From assembly GCA_964202905.1 (NCBI GenBank), contig CAXNJO010000015.1, positions 20,434 through 84,433 of the forward strand: a stretch of 64,000 bases of DNA, written 5' to 3'. This document shows positions 18,506 through 27,814 of this stretch, one piece after another. Positions within the stretch are counted from its first letter, which is position 1. Each line of letters begins with the position of its first letter. The DNA is from Polyangiales bacterium. Its GTDB lineage: Bacteria; Myxococcota_A; Polyangia; Polyangiales; JADJQN01. Position numbers and translations under genes: made by a program. The notes below the pieces were generated by a model. The model was not told the origin of the DNA, did no database searches, and saw nothing but the letters and a program-made list of their open reading frames with translations.

Positions 18506-20835
18506 TCAGTACACGTAGACGGCGCCCGCGCGCTCGGCCGTGACAACCGTCGCGTCGCCGTCGAGGCCCGTCGCGGCGGAGGCCTCGTACGGCGCACTGA
18601 CCGCGAGCGTGCCGCCGTCTGCGGAGAGCGCGAGCGCGAAGCCGAAGAAGTCGCCCGCGCGCACGGTGCCGGCCTTCACGTAGGCCTCTTCGGACCAGCT
18701 GCCCGCGCTCCGCGCGAAGACGTACGCCGCGCCCGACTGCGAGGTGGCGTCGCTCGTCGCATCGCCGCCGATCCCTGCGGAGGCGCCATCCTCGTCGTAG
18801 GCACCGACCGCGAGCCGCGCGCCATCCGCCGAGAGCGACACGCTCGCCCCGAAGGCATCCGCCGCATCGGGGTGCGTGGGTTTCACATAGGCCTGCTGCG
18901 CCCACGCGCCCGACGCGAACACGAACACGTAGACCGCGCCCGCGGTGGTGGCAGAGTCGTCGGACGGGTCTGCACCCGACGCTGCATCCTCCTCCCTCGC
19001 GCCAACGGCGAGCGTCGCGCCATCGGCAGAGAGCGCCACCGCCGCGCCGAACGCGTCGCCCGCGTCGGTGTTCGAGGCCTTCACATAGGCCTCGGGCGAC
19101 CACGCGCTGCCCGCGCGCCGAAACACGTAGACGGCGCCCGCGCGCGGCGCGGCGTCGCTCAGCGCACTCCCGCCGACGCCGGTCGACGCCGAGCTCTCCT
19201 GCCACGCGCCGACCGCGAGCACGGCGCCATCCCCCGACAGCGCCACCGCTTGACCGAACTGGTCGTCCGCGCCCGCGTTCGCGGCCTTCACGTAGGCCTC
19301 CTGCGACCATGCGCTGCCCGCGTGGCGGAAGACGTAGACCGCACCGGCGGCGAAGCTCGCGTTGCCACTGCCATCTCCGTTGATGGTCGTGGCCGACGAC
19401 GACTCGACGCGCGCACCGACGGCGAGCGTCGCGCCGTCGCCCGAGAGCGCGACCGACTGCCCGAACTCGTCGAAGGCGTCGGTGTTCGACGCCTTCACAT
19501 AGGCCTCTTGCGCCCAGCCCATGGCGCTGCGGCGGAACACGTAGACCGCCCCCGCGTACGGCGCTGCGTCGCTCGCGGCGTTGCCCCCGACGCCCGTCGC
19601 CGCCGACCACTCGAAGTGCGCGCCGACCGCGAGCACGCTGCCGTCCGCGGAGAGCGACAGCGCGAATCCGAACTCGTCGCCGGGGCCCGCGTTCGCGGCC
19701 TTCACGTAGGCCTCCTGCGCCCAGCCCGCGGCGCTGCGTCGATACACGTACACCGCGCCCGCGCCGTTCACCGCGTCGTTGGCGCCGACGCCGTCCGTGC
19801 CCGTCGCCGCCGAGTCTTCCCTGTTCGCGCCGACCGCGAGCGTGGTGCCATCGGCCGAGAGCGCGACGGCCTGGCCGTAGCAAGTCGTCGGCCCCCGTGT
19901 TCGAGGCCTTCACGTACGTCGCGCCGCGGACCACCGCGACCGTGTACGTGCGCGACGCGCCCGCGCTCGTGGAGACGACGACGCTCACCACGCGCGGCGC
20001 GAAACCGGCACCCGCCATCACGCTCACGGGCGCGCCCGATGCGACGACGGTTCCATCGACACGGAGGGTCAGACGCGCGGGTTCCGCGACGACGGGGGTG
20101 AGCGTCGCCGACGCGACGCCGGGCGCGAGCGTCACGGTGTAGAGGGTCGTATCCCCTGCGAAAACAGGCGAAAGCGTGGCCTCTGCGCCGACCGAGAGCG
20201 CCGAGAGCGCCGGCACGTCGAGCACGCAGCCCGCTACGCCGCGCCCCGTCCCCGAGCTCCCCTCGGGGCACACGCACGCGAAGCCGCCCGATGTGTTGTC
20301 GCAGCGCGCCGCGGGGTCGTCGTCGCAATCGTCGAGCCCGGCCGCGCACTCGTCGATGTCCGTACACGCGCCATCGATCCCGGAGAAGCCCGGCGCGCAC
20401 GGCACGCACACGCCATCGGACGCATCGGCGAGGCCGTCGCAGTCGTCGTCGACGCCCGCGTTGCAGATCTCAGCCGCGTCCGGGTTCACCGCCTCGCGCG
20501 TGTCGTCGCAGTCGTCGCCGCCGCAGGCCGCGTCGTCGTAGCCATCGCCATCGACGTCGGGACACGGCGGCGCCGCGTCGGGCTCGCCCGCGTCGGGCTG
20601 CGCCGGCGTCGGCTGCGCCGCCATCCTCGAACGAGGCGTCTGCGTCGACCGCCGCGTCGACGCCGGCGTCGCGGCCGGCGTCGCTCCCCGCGTCGAACGA
20701 CGCGTCGAGCCCGGCGTCCGTGGGCGTCGGCGGCGCGTCATCGTCGTCGCCGCACGCGGCGAGCGCCACCAAAAGCAGCGCTCCGCACAGCGCGACGAAA
20801 GCCCGCGACCGCCGTCCATCGACCACACCGCACAT
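18506..20835 (-). CDS. Surface lipoprotein with Cys-rich/EGF-like, cadherin-like and FG-GAP propeller regions; frameshifts near 20620 and 19880
   Basis: LAAC lipobox; DCDD...EICN; DIDEC EGF-like; repeated YVKASN...FG..VALSADG.TLAVGA...GAVYVF. Confidence 0.8.
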
Positions 20836-21014
20836 CGTCCTGTCGCGCACGCCGCATCCTCCGCGCAGGGCGCCTCGACCCCGCGTCACGCATAAGCCGC
20901 GTGCGAGGCTGGCACATGGGTGGCGCGGCTTCCAGCAACGACTGCGCCCCAGCGCTACGACAAACGTCGATCGCGTCGGTCACCCGGGAGCGAACACCCC
21001 GACATGCGCGCGGG

Positions 21015-21830
21015 CTACGCGGGCGGCGACACGAGACCGTTCAGCAGCGCCGCGAGCGCGGGCGTCAGCGGGCCATTCTCGCGCAGATAGGCAAGGTCCG
21101 AATCAAAGGGCGCGGGCGGCTCGCGCGTCCACGGCCGCGGGTCAGAGGCGTAGTCGTGGCCGGGGTGCGCGCTGCATGCGTAGCGGGCGTAGACCCGGGC
21201 CGCGCCCCGGACCTCGAACCACCACCATGCGCGCATCGTGATCACCGAAGCCACGAAACGTTCCGGGCGCTCCTCCCCGAGCACTGCGCGGGCACCGGGC
21301 GCGGACGCCCTCGCGAGCAGCGCATCGGCCTCGACGAGCTCCGCGGCCCCGATCGCCTCGAGCTGCGGCGTGAGCAGGCGGAGCGCACGCAGCGCATGAC
21401 CCGGGCGGGGGGGCGCGAGGCGCCGCAGCGCTCGCAGCTGATTCCCGGGCTGCTTCGCCCCGAAGTGACGCGGCCGGCACCAGCGCGTCACGGCGAGCTG
21501 CGTGCCGGGGTCGACGTCCGGATTCTCGAGCACCTCCCCAACCAGCACGAGCATGAAGCGCGCTTGCAACGTCTCCGCGTACTCCCACGCGGCCTCGTCG
21601 CACTCCCCGAACCCGTAGCGACGCGGCGCACCCGGCGGATTCAGCGCCGGAATCGCGGGATTGCGCGCAGACACGCGCGCGCTCGCCGCGCGGTGAAGGC
21701 GGGCCGCGACGCCATCCGGATCGCGGAGCGCCGCGAGCCGCTTCAGCACCGCCGGGCGGCGGACGTCGCCGCGCTGGGCGGCCTCCGCGAAGCCGAGTTC
21801 GTCGAGCAGGGTCACGATGGACGAAGACAT
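21015..21830 (-). CDS. Hypothetical protein, last gene of the SWIM-MoxR-vWA unit
   Basis: open frame with GGAGGTGAG RBS before ATG 21830; no family recognised. Confidence 0.55.
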   Translation of the reverse strand: MSSSIVTLLDELGFAEAAQRGDVRRPAVLKRLAALRDPDGVAARLHRAASARVSARNPAIPALNPPGAPRRYGFGECDEAAWEYAETLQARFMLVLVGEVLENPDVDPGTQLAVTRWCRPRHFGAKQPGNQLRALRRLAPPRPGHALRALRLLTPQLEAIGAAELVEADALLARASAPGARAVLGEERPERFVASVITMRAWWWFEVRGAARVYARYACSAHPGHDYASDPRPWTREPPAPFDSDLAYLRENGPLTPALAALLNGLVSPPA

Positions 21831-21890
21831 CTCACCTCCGCGAGCGTGGGTATCGAGCATGGGATTCTGAAACGACCTCGCAAAGCACGC

Positions 21891-23179
21891 TCACGGCGTG
21901 TGTCGCGCGACGATCACGCTTCCGAAGGGGGCGTCTCGGTGGAGCTCCGGCACGACCCACAGCACCGGAAAGGGCGGCGCGCGCTGCGGGAAATGCGAGC
22001 GGAGATCGGTGATGCCGACGAAGACGTCGGGGGGACGACCGCTCCGCGCGATCCAGTCGAACACCGGGCGGTGATCCGTGCCGCCGCCGCCGCGCGCGCG
22101 CCACGCTTCAACCAGCGCTCGAGATCGTCGAGCTCGACGACCTCCTGCACGCGCGCATCCGCGACGACGATGGTGACGTCCTCCACCTGCTGCGCGAGCG
22201 CGCGGATCTCCGCGCATGCCGCTGCCAGCGACTCCCCCGACATGCTCCCGCTCGTGTCGAGCGCGACGACGACGCGCCCGGTGCGTTCGCCCGCGAGGCT
22301 CGGCACGACGAAGCCCTCGCTGGCCCAGCGCGGGTGCGGTCGGCGTGGGTCGTACTCGTCCCGCGTGACGCTCGACGCGACGAGGCGTCGAAAGAGACGC
22401 TGCCACGGCAGCCGTCCGCGCCCGTCGCCAATCAGGCGCGCGAACTCGGCGGGCACCTGCCCCGCTGCGCCCTGCGCCGACGCGTGCGACACGGCCGCGC
22501 GGAGCCGCTTCGCAATGAGTTCGCGCGACGCCTCGTCCAGCTCGACGGGCAGATGCACATCGACGCCGCCGCCGTGATCGCTCGCCGTGCGCCCCGCGGC
22601 CTCGACCGAGATCGGCTCGGGGCGACCGCGCAGGAACACCTCGATGACGGGATCGGTCGGGAGGGCCTCGTAGATCTGCTCGGCCGTCATCCCGTCGAAG
22701 CGGTCGTGCAGCAGGATCCCGGGCAGCGGGCGATAGGCGTAGTCACCCGTCACCGGATCGATGACGCGCGTGACGATGCGGTTGATCGCGAAGTCGGTCG
22801 CGAGGTTCCAGCGGTGGTGATCGCGGCCACGCGCGCGCTCCGCCGTCGCGTAGACGTGGTGGCCGAGCTCGTGCGCGAGCACGAAACTCAGTGAGGGGTA
22901 GTCGAGCGCGCGCGTGCGGCGCGGGTCGTACCAGATACGACGAACGCAGTCGGTCGCCGCCACCGCGGGCAGCGTCACATCGGCAATGAGCTCAACGTTC
23001 ATGAGCAGATATCCCCAGAAGGGATGGCGCTCGAGCATGTGCATGCGCACCGCCGAGAGCCGCCGCGCCTCGGCCGCGAGGTCGGCGCGCGTGAGCGTCG
23101 AGGGAGGCGGCTGCGGACGACGCACGTGTCGCGCGGCGAGGGGAAGCGTGCGCCCGGGGATCGGCCACATCGCGGGCAC
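21891..23179 (-). CDS. Metallopeptidase + vWA protein (DUF2201-like), frameshift near 22100
   Basis: HELGH (HExxH), WNLATDFAIN, MIDAS DTSGS, GGGTD...ITD in second frame. Confidence 0.85.
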
Positions 23180-23192
23180 TCTGCGCGTCCGC

Positions 23193-24284
23193 TCACGTCA
23201 CCACCGACGCGCGCACCGACGCGAGCTCGCCGGCGAGCGTGCGGAACTCGGCGAGCCCGCGCAGCCGCACGAAGAGAGCATCGTTGCGGCGAACCTGGCG
23301 CAGAAAGAGCATCGCGTACTCCGGATCGAGGCCCGGCGAGCGCAGGAACCGCACGATGTTGGGGAGTTGCGCGTCGGTGAGCGCCTCGCCCTGACGCAGC
23401 CACGCGGCGACGGCGTAGGTGGCTGCGTAGACGAAGGAGGGATCGCCCTGCGTATCCGTGGTGAAGTCGATCGACTGCCCGCGGCGCAGGATCTTCGCGG
23501 GATCGACGCGCCCGTAGAGGCGCATCCAATCGAAGAAGCGCTCGGCCGCGCCGACCCCGATGCACGCCGCGACGAGGCGGCGACGATCGGCCTCGTCGGC
23601 CGTGCGGTAGACGCGACTCGCCATCTGCCACGAGCGCGGCGACGGGAACGCGAGCGACTCACCGTCGTTCTCGTAGAGGGCATCCCCGCCGTGCCGCCCG
23701 ATGTAGCCGAGGATGGCCTCGTCGACGCCCTCGCGCGCCGCCCACTCGAGCCAGCTCGGCGCGTCGACGCGCAGCGTGAAATGCGCGAAGCGGTTCCCGA
23801 GCGCGGACGAGAGCGGGGTGACGATGGCGTTGTCGTCCTCGAGGTTGCCCGCTGCCATCACGACCGTGTCGCGATGAAACTCGACCGTGCCGACGCGCCG
23901 CTCGAGCACGATCTGATAGGCCGCCGCCTGATGCAGCCGCGTGACGGCCGCGTTGATTTCATCCAGGAAGATGAAGGCCGGGCGCTCGCGCGCCTCGACC
24001 GCCCACGCCGGCGGAAACGCCGTGAGCACGCCGCGCTCGCGGTCGGGGAACCACACACCCGCGAGATCCGCCGGGTCGCGCTGCGCGAGCCGGATGTCGA
24101 CGAGCGGCAGGCCGAGCTCCCCAGCGAGGGCGTGCGCGAGCGCGCTCTTGCCCACACCGGGATGGCCGCGAACGAGGGTGGAGAGCCCCGCGCGGAGCGT
24201 CACGCCCGCGAGGCGCTGCAACTCCGGCCAGGCGTAGCCATCGGGCGAGACGGCGGCGGACTTCGGCGCACGGCGTTTCGTCAT
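23193..24284 (-). CDS. MoxR-type AAA+ ATPase
   Basis: GHPGVGKS, IFLDEIN, AAGN, ALGNRFAH, FPSPRSW. Confidence 0.9.
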   Translation of the reverse strand: MTKRRAPKSAAVSPDGYAWPELQRLAGVTLRAGLSTLVRGHPGVGKSALAHALAGELGLPLVDIRLAQRDPADLAGVWFPDRERGVLTAFPPAWAVEARERPAFIFLDEINAAVTRLHQAAAYQIVLERRVGTVEFHRDTVVMAAGNLEDDNAIVTPLSSALGNRFAHFTLRVDAPSWLEWAAREGVDEAILGYIGRHGGDALYENDGESLAFPSPRSWQMASRVYRTADEADRRRLVAACIGVGAAERFFDWMRLYGRVDPAKILRRGQSIDFTTDTQGDPSFVYAATYAVAAWLRQGEALTDAQLPNIVRFLRSPGLDPEYAMLFLRQVRRNDALFVRLRGLAEFRTLAGELASVRASVVT

Positions 24285-24580
24285 GACAGGAAGAGCTCCA
24301 GCAGCTGACAGCGCACGACGTCGTCGCGGAGCAGCACGGCGATGACGTGTTTGCAGTAGCCGCCGCCCCCGATGTGCGCAGCGTCGGGACAGGTGCAGCG
24401 GGGCACGTCGCCCCACGCGTCGTGCACGGTGACGACCCAAGGCGCGGAGCCACCCCGCACCTCGATGCGACGCAGCGGCCCCTCCGCGGAGAGGGGGTGA
24501 AAGTCGTAGTGGCCGAGCAGCTCGTGCGCGGCGCGCAGAATGCGGACGTCTCGACCAGCGGACAGGCGTGGGGGCGGCAT
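24281..24580 (-). CDS. SWIM zinc-finger protein
   Basis: CTCPD...YCKH; GAGGAG RBS; ATGA overlap with the ATPase. Confidence 0.85.
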   Translation of the reverse strand: MPPPRLSAGRDVRILRAAHELLGHYDFHPLSAEGPLRRIEVRGGSAPWVVTVHDAWGDVPRCTCPDAAHIGGGGYCKHVIAVLLRDDVVRCQLLELFLS

Positions 24581-25207
24581 CGGACTCCTCGGTGGGAAGG
24601 CGACCACGCGGCATGCGCGGTACGCGAACACGGGATGCAGGCGGCGCGGGGCGAGCCGGGGCGGGCGCGATGTGCGCAGAGGCCGGACAGGGCCTCTCGG
24701 GCAGCAACGACGCCGTGCGCACGGCAAGACAAGGGGCTGTGCGCACGGCGCTTCACAACGACTCGTGCCCCGTTGGGGGGCACGCAACGCCTGTGTGGTG
24801 AGAGACGCCCGCCCCACACGGCGACTGACAGCCATCCGACGACATTCGACGCGACGACGGCGAAAGTGGGGATTCGCCAACACCACTGAACACTCACCCA
24901 GTCTCCGCGCCTCTCGCGCACTCCATCCCGGCTGCGACGGTCGAACCGACAGAGCGGAGGGCGAATTCCGGTGAGGAACGCCCCGCTCGCTCGGTACTGG
25001 GGTGAGGGCGGACGAGTCGTCTTCTCCTCTCCATGCGTGCGTGCCTCGACGCGTCGCGCGCGCTGCGCGACGCGACGATGTCGAACGAACGCGCAGGTCG
25101 ATGTCGAATGTCGGTTAAACCCATCCGAGTTGCCAGATACGGGTATGTCCCCCGGGCGTCGCGATGTGCCTCGCGCGGCTCCACGGACGCTCTGTCGCGC
25201 CCATGAA

Positions 25208-25236
25208 TGCCAATCAGCGCGGGCCGATGATTGGCA
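25208..25236. promoter_or_regulatory. Inverted repeat upstream of the AAA-rec cluster
   Basis: TGCCAATCA-N11-TGATTGGCA, 63 bp before ATG 25300. Confidence 0.55.
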
Positions 25237-25299
25237 ATCATCCAACCTCTTGTTCGTGGCCGTCAGTCCAATCGTCCCTCTCTCGTCTGGAGTCTCGCC

Positions 25300-27597
25300 A
25301 TGCCCCGTCCCCGCAAGTCCGCTCCCTCGTTCTCGTCGCGTCGCCTCCGTGAGGCGGGCGCACCGCCGCTCGACGCATCGCCCGAAGAATTGCTCGACGC
25401 GCTCGTGCCGTGGCCGAGCGACCTGGCCTACCTGCAGGCCGAGCTGCACTGGATCGAGGCCCGCTGCGCGCGCCTGCTCCTCGAGCGGCAGGCCGCGAAA
25501 CAGGAGGCCGCCTCCGGTCCGGGCGCGCGATCGATCTTCCGCCGCGACGACGACGAGCCCTCGCCCGCTGCGGCGCGCGCGCAGCTGCCGAACGCACGCG
25601 CCGAAGAGGACGCGCTCCGCAGCTGGATCGAGGCGCGCCTCGGCGCGTCCCGCGTGACGTTCGGTCCGCTCGCGCTCGACCGCCTCGTCGAGGCGCACGG
25701 CCTCTCGGAGCTCGAGCGGCTCACGCTGCTGCTCGCCGCCGCGCCGTGCGTGTCCCGCCGCTTCGAGAACCTCTACGCCGGCTTCGAGTCCGAGCAGCAG
25801 GCGGCGCTCACGGTCGATGCCGTCTACTCCTTCGCGGAGCTGGATTTCGAGGCGCGCATCCGGGAGCGCGCGACCTTCGGCCCGCGGGGGCGCCTCGTCA
25901 CGAAGGACCTGATCGAGATGCCGTTCCGGGGGCGCAACGCCGCGCCCAAGGAGCTGCTCGGCACGGAGATCGTCGTGCGCGGACGCACGCTCTCGTACCT
26001 GCTCGGCAACACGGGACTCGGCGACGAGCTCGACGCGCTCGCGAGCGTCGAGACGCCGCTCGCCTCCTTCGATCGCCTCGTGCTGCCCGCCGCGGACAAG
26101 GCGCGCATCCTCCGCGTCGTCGGCGAACACGAGCGCGTGCGCGCGGCGCGCGCGGCGTGGGGCCTCGATGACGTGGTCGGCTACGGGCGCGGCGCCCTCG
26201 TGCTCTTTCACGGCGCCCCGGGCACGGGCAAGACGATGGCCGCGCACGCGGTCGCCGAGAAGCTCGGCAAGCGCGTGCTCTCCGTCGACATCCCCACCTT
26301 CGCCGCGCACGCCGAGGCGGGGCGTTTCATTCCCGGCCTCTTTCGCGAGGCGCGCCTGCAAGATGCGGTGTTGTTCTTCGACGAGTGTGAATCCCTCTTC
26401 GAATCCCGCGCTCGCGGCAATGCACTCATGACGATCCTCCTCACGGAGGTCGAGCGTTTCGAGGGCGTCGCCATCCTCGCGACGAATCTCCCGCAGCGCC
26501 TCGACGAGGCCCTCGATCGCCGCATTCTCGTGCGCGTCCGCTTCCCAGAGCCCGACGCCGAGGCGCGCGAGGCCATCTGGCGCGGCCTGCTCCCCGCGAC
26601 GGTGCCGCTCGCGCCGGGCGTCGATCCGCGCGCGCTCGCCGAGCGCTTCGAGCTCGCCGGCGGCTACATCAAGAACGCCGTGCTCGCGGCCGCCGCGCAC
26701 GCCGTCTACGAGCCGGGGCCCGACGGGCCGCGCCTCACGCACGCGATGCTCGCCGACGCCGCACGCGAGCAGAGCGGCCGCGGCTTCGGCGACGACGAGG
26801 CGCCGCCCGAGGTGCCGCGCGCACGCCTCTCGGACGTCGTGCTCCCGCACGACGTACGCCGCGAGGTCGAAGAGCTCGTCGCAGCCGCGCGCAGCCGGCG
26901 CACGGTGCTCGAGCGCTGGGGCCTCGGCGCGCACTTCGCGCACGGAAAAGGCATCGCCGCGCTGCTGCATGGACCGCCGGGCACGGGCAAGACGCTGTGC
27001 GCCGAAGCGATCGCCGGGGAGCTCGGGCGCCCGCTCGTGCATGCCTCGATCGCGGGCGTGCTCTCGCCGTTCCAGGGCGAGACGGAGCGCGGCCTGTCGC
27101 TGCTCTTCGCGCGGGCGAAGCGCCTCGGCGCGGTGCTCTTCCTCGACGAGGCCGACACGCTGCTCGGCGATCGCGAACGTACGCCGGCGACCCGCGCGGA
27201 GGCCGGCGTCGTCAACGTGCTGCTCACGGAGATCGAGCGCTTCGACGGCGTCGTGCTCGTCGCGACCAACCTCGCGACGCGACTCGACGGCGCGCTCGCG
27301 CGGCGCCTCGCGTGGACCTTCGCGCTGCGACGCCCCGAGGCCCCGGCGCGCGCAGGGATCTGGCGACGCCTGCTCGGCCCCGAGGTCCCCTGCGAAGGCC
27401 CCATCGACACCGACGCGCTCGGGGTGCGCTTCGCGATCTCGGGCGGGCGCATCAAGAACGCCGTCTTCAAGGCCGCGTACCGCGCCGCCAGTGAGGGTAG
27501 CGGGCTGACGATGGCCGACCTCGAGCGGGCCGCGCGCGAGGAGGTCGAGGCCGACGCACCCGCGGGCAGCCGCCCGCTCGGCTTCGGCAGCGACTGA
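25300..27597 (+). CDS. Tandem (two-domain) AAA+ ATPase
   Basis: GAPGTGKT/FFDECE and GPPGTGKT/FLDEAD, each with ATN and GGxIKNA. Confidence 0.9.
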   Translation: MPRPRKSAPSFSSRRLREAGAPPLDASPEELLDALVPWPSDLAYLQAELHWIEARCARLLLERQAAKQEAASGPGARSIFRRDDDEPSPAAARAQLPNARAEEDALRSWIEARLGASRVTFGPLALDRLVEAHGLSELERLTLLLAAAPCVSRRFENLYAGFESEQQAALTVDAVYSFAELDFEARIRERATFGPRGRLVTKDLIEMPFRGRNAAPKELLGTEIVVRGRTLSYLLGNTGLGDELDALASVETPLASFDRLVLPAADKARILRVVGEHERVRAARAAWGLDDVVGYGRGALVLFHGAPGTGKTMAAHAVAEKLGKRVLSVDIPTFAAHAEAGRFIPGLFREARLQDAVLFFDECESLFESRARGNALMTILLTEVERFEGVAILATNLPQRLDEALDRRILVRVRFPEPDAEAREAIWRGLLPATVPLAPGVDPRALAERFELAGGYIKNAVLAAAAHAVYEPGPDGPRLTHAMLADAAREQSGRGFGDDEAPPEVPRARLSDVVLPHDVRREVEELVAAARSRRTVLERWGLGAHFAHGKGIAALLHGPPGTGKTLCAEAIAGELGRPLVHASIAGVLSPFQGETERGLSLLFARAKRLGAVLFLDEADTLLGDRERTPATRAEAGVVNVLLTEIERFDGVVLVATNLATRLDGALARRLAWTFALRRPEAPARAGIWRRLLGPEVPCEGPIDTDALGVRFAISGGRIKNAVFKAAYRAASEGSGLTMADLERAAREEVEADAPAGSRPLGFGSD

Positions 27598-27814
27598 TCA
27601 ACCTCCTTGCGGTGTTCCGCGCCGAGGCGGCCGTCACGTCGATCGCAGGTGTGTTTCGTCGCGAGACTCTGTACAACCGTCACCACGTCGCGCGGTCGTG
27701 GGGAAGGCGTCAGTCGCGCCCACGGCCGCGCGTCTCCTGCGCTGCGCCATGCCCCCGCGTGCCCACCCCCGTTGACCGCCCGTCACGTCGCCCCCGCCCG
27801 AAGGAACCGGCCGC

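Noticed and set aside
18506..19920. Long repeated DNA units as a mobile or DGR-type repeat
   Set aside because: Explained by FG-GAP propeller blades; no reverse transcriptase nearby
25300..27597. Contractile injection system or prophage, suggested by the AAA ATPase type
   Set aside because: No sheath, tube, baseplate or capsid genes in the window
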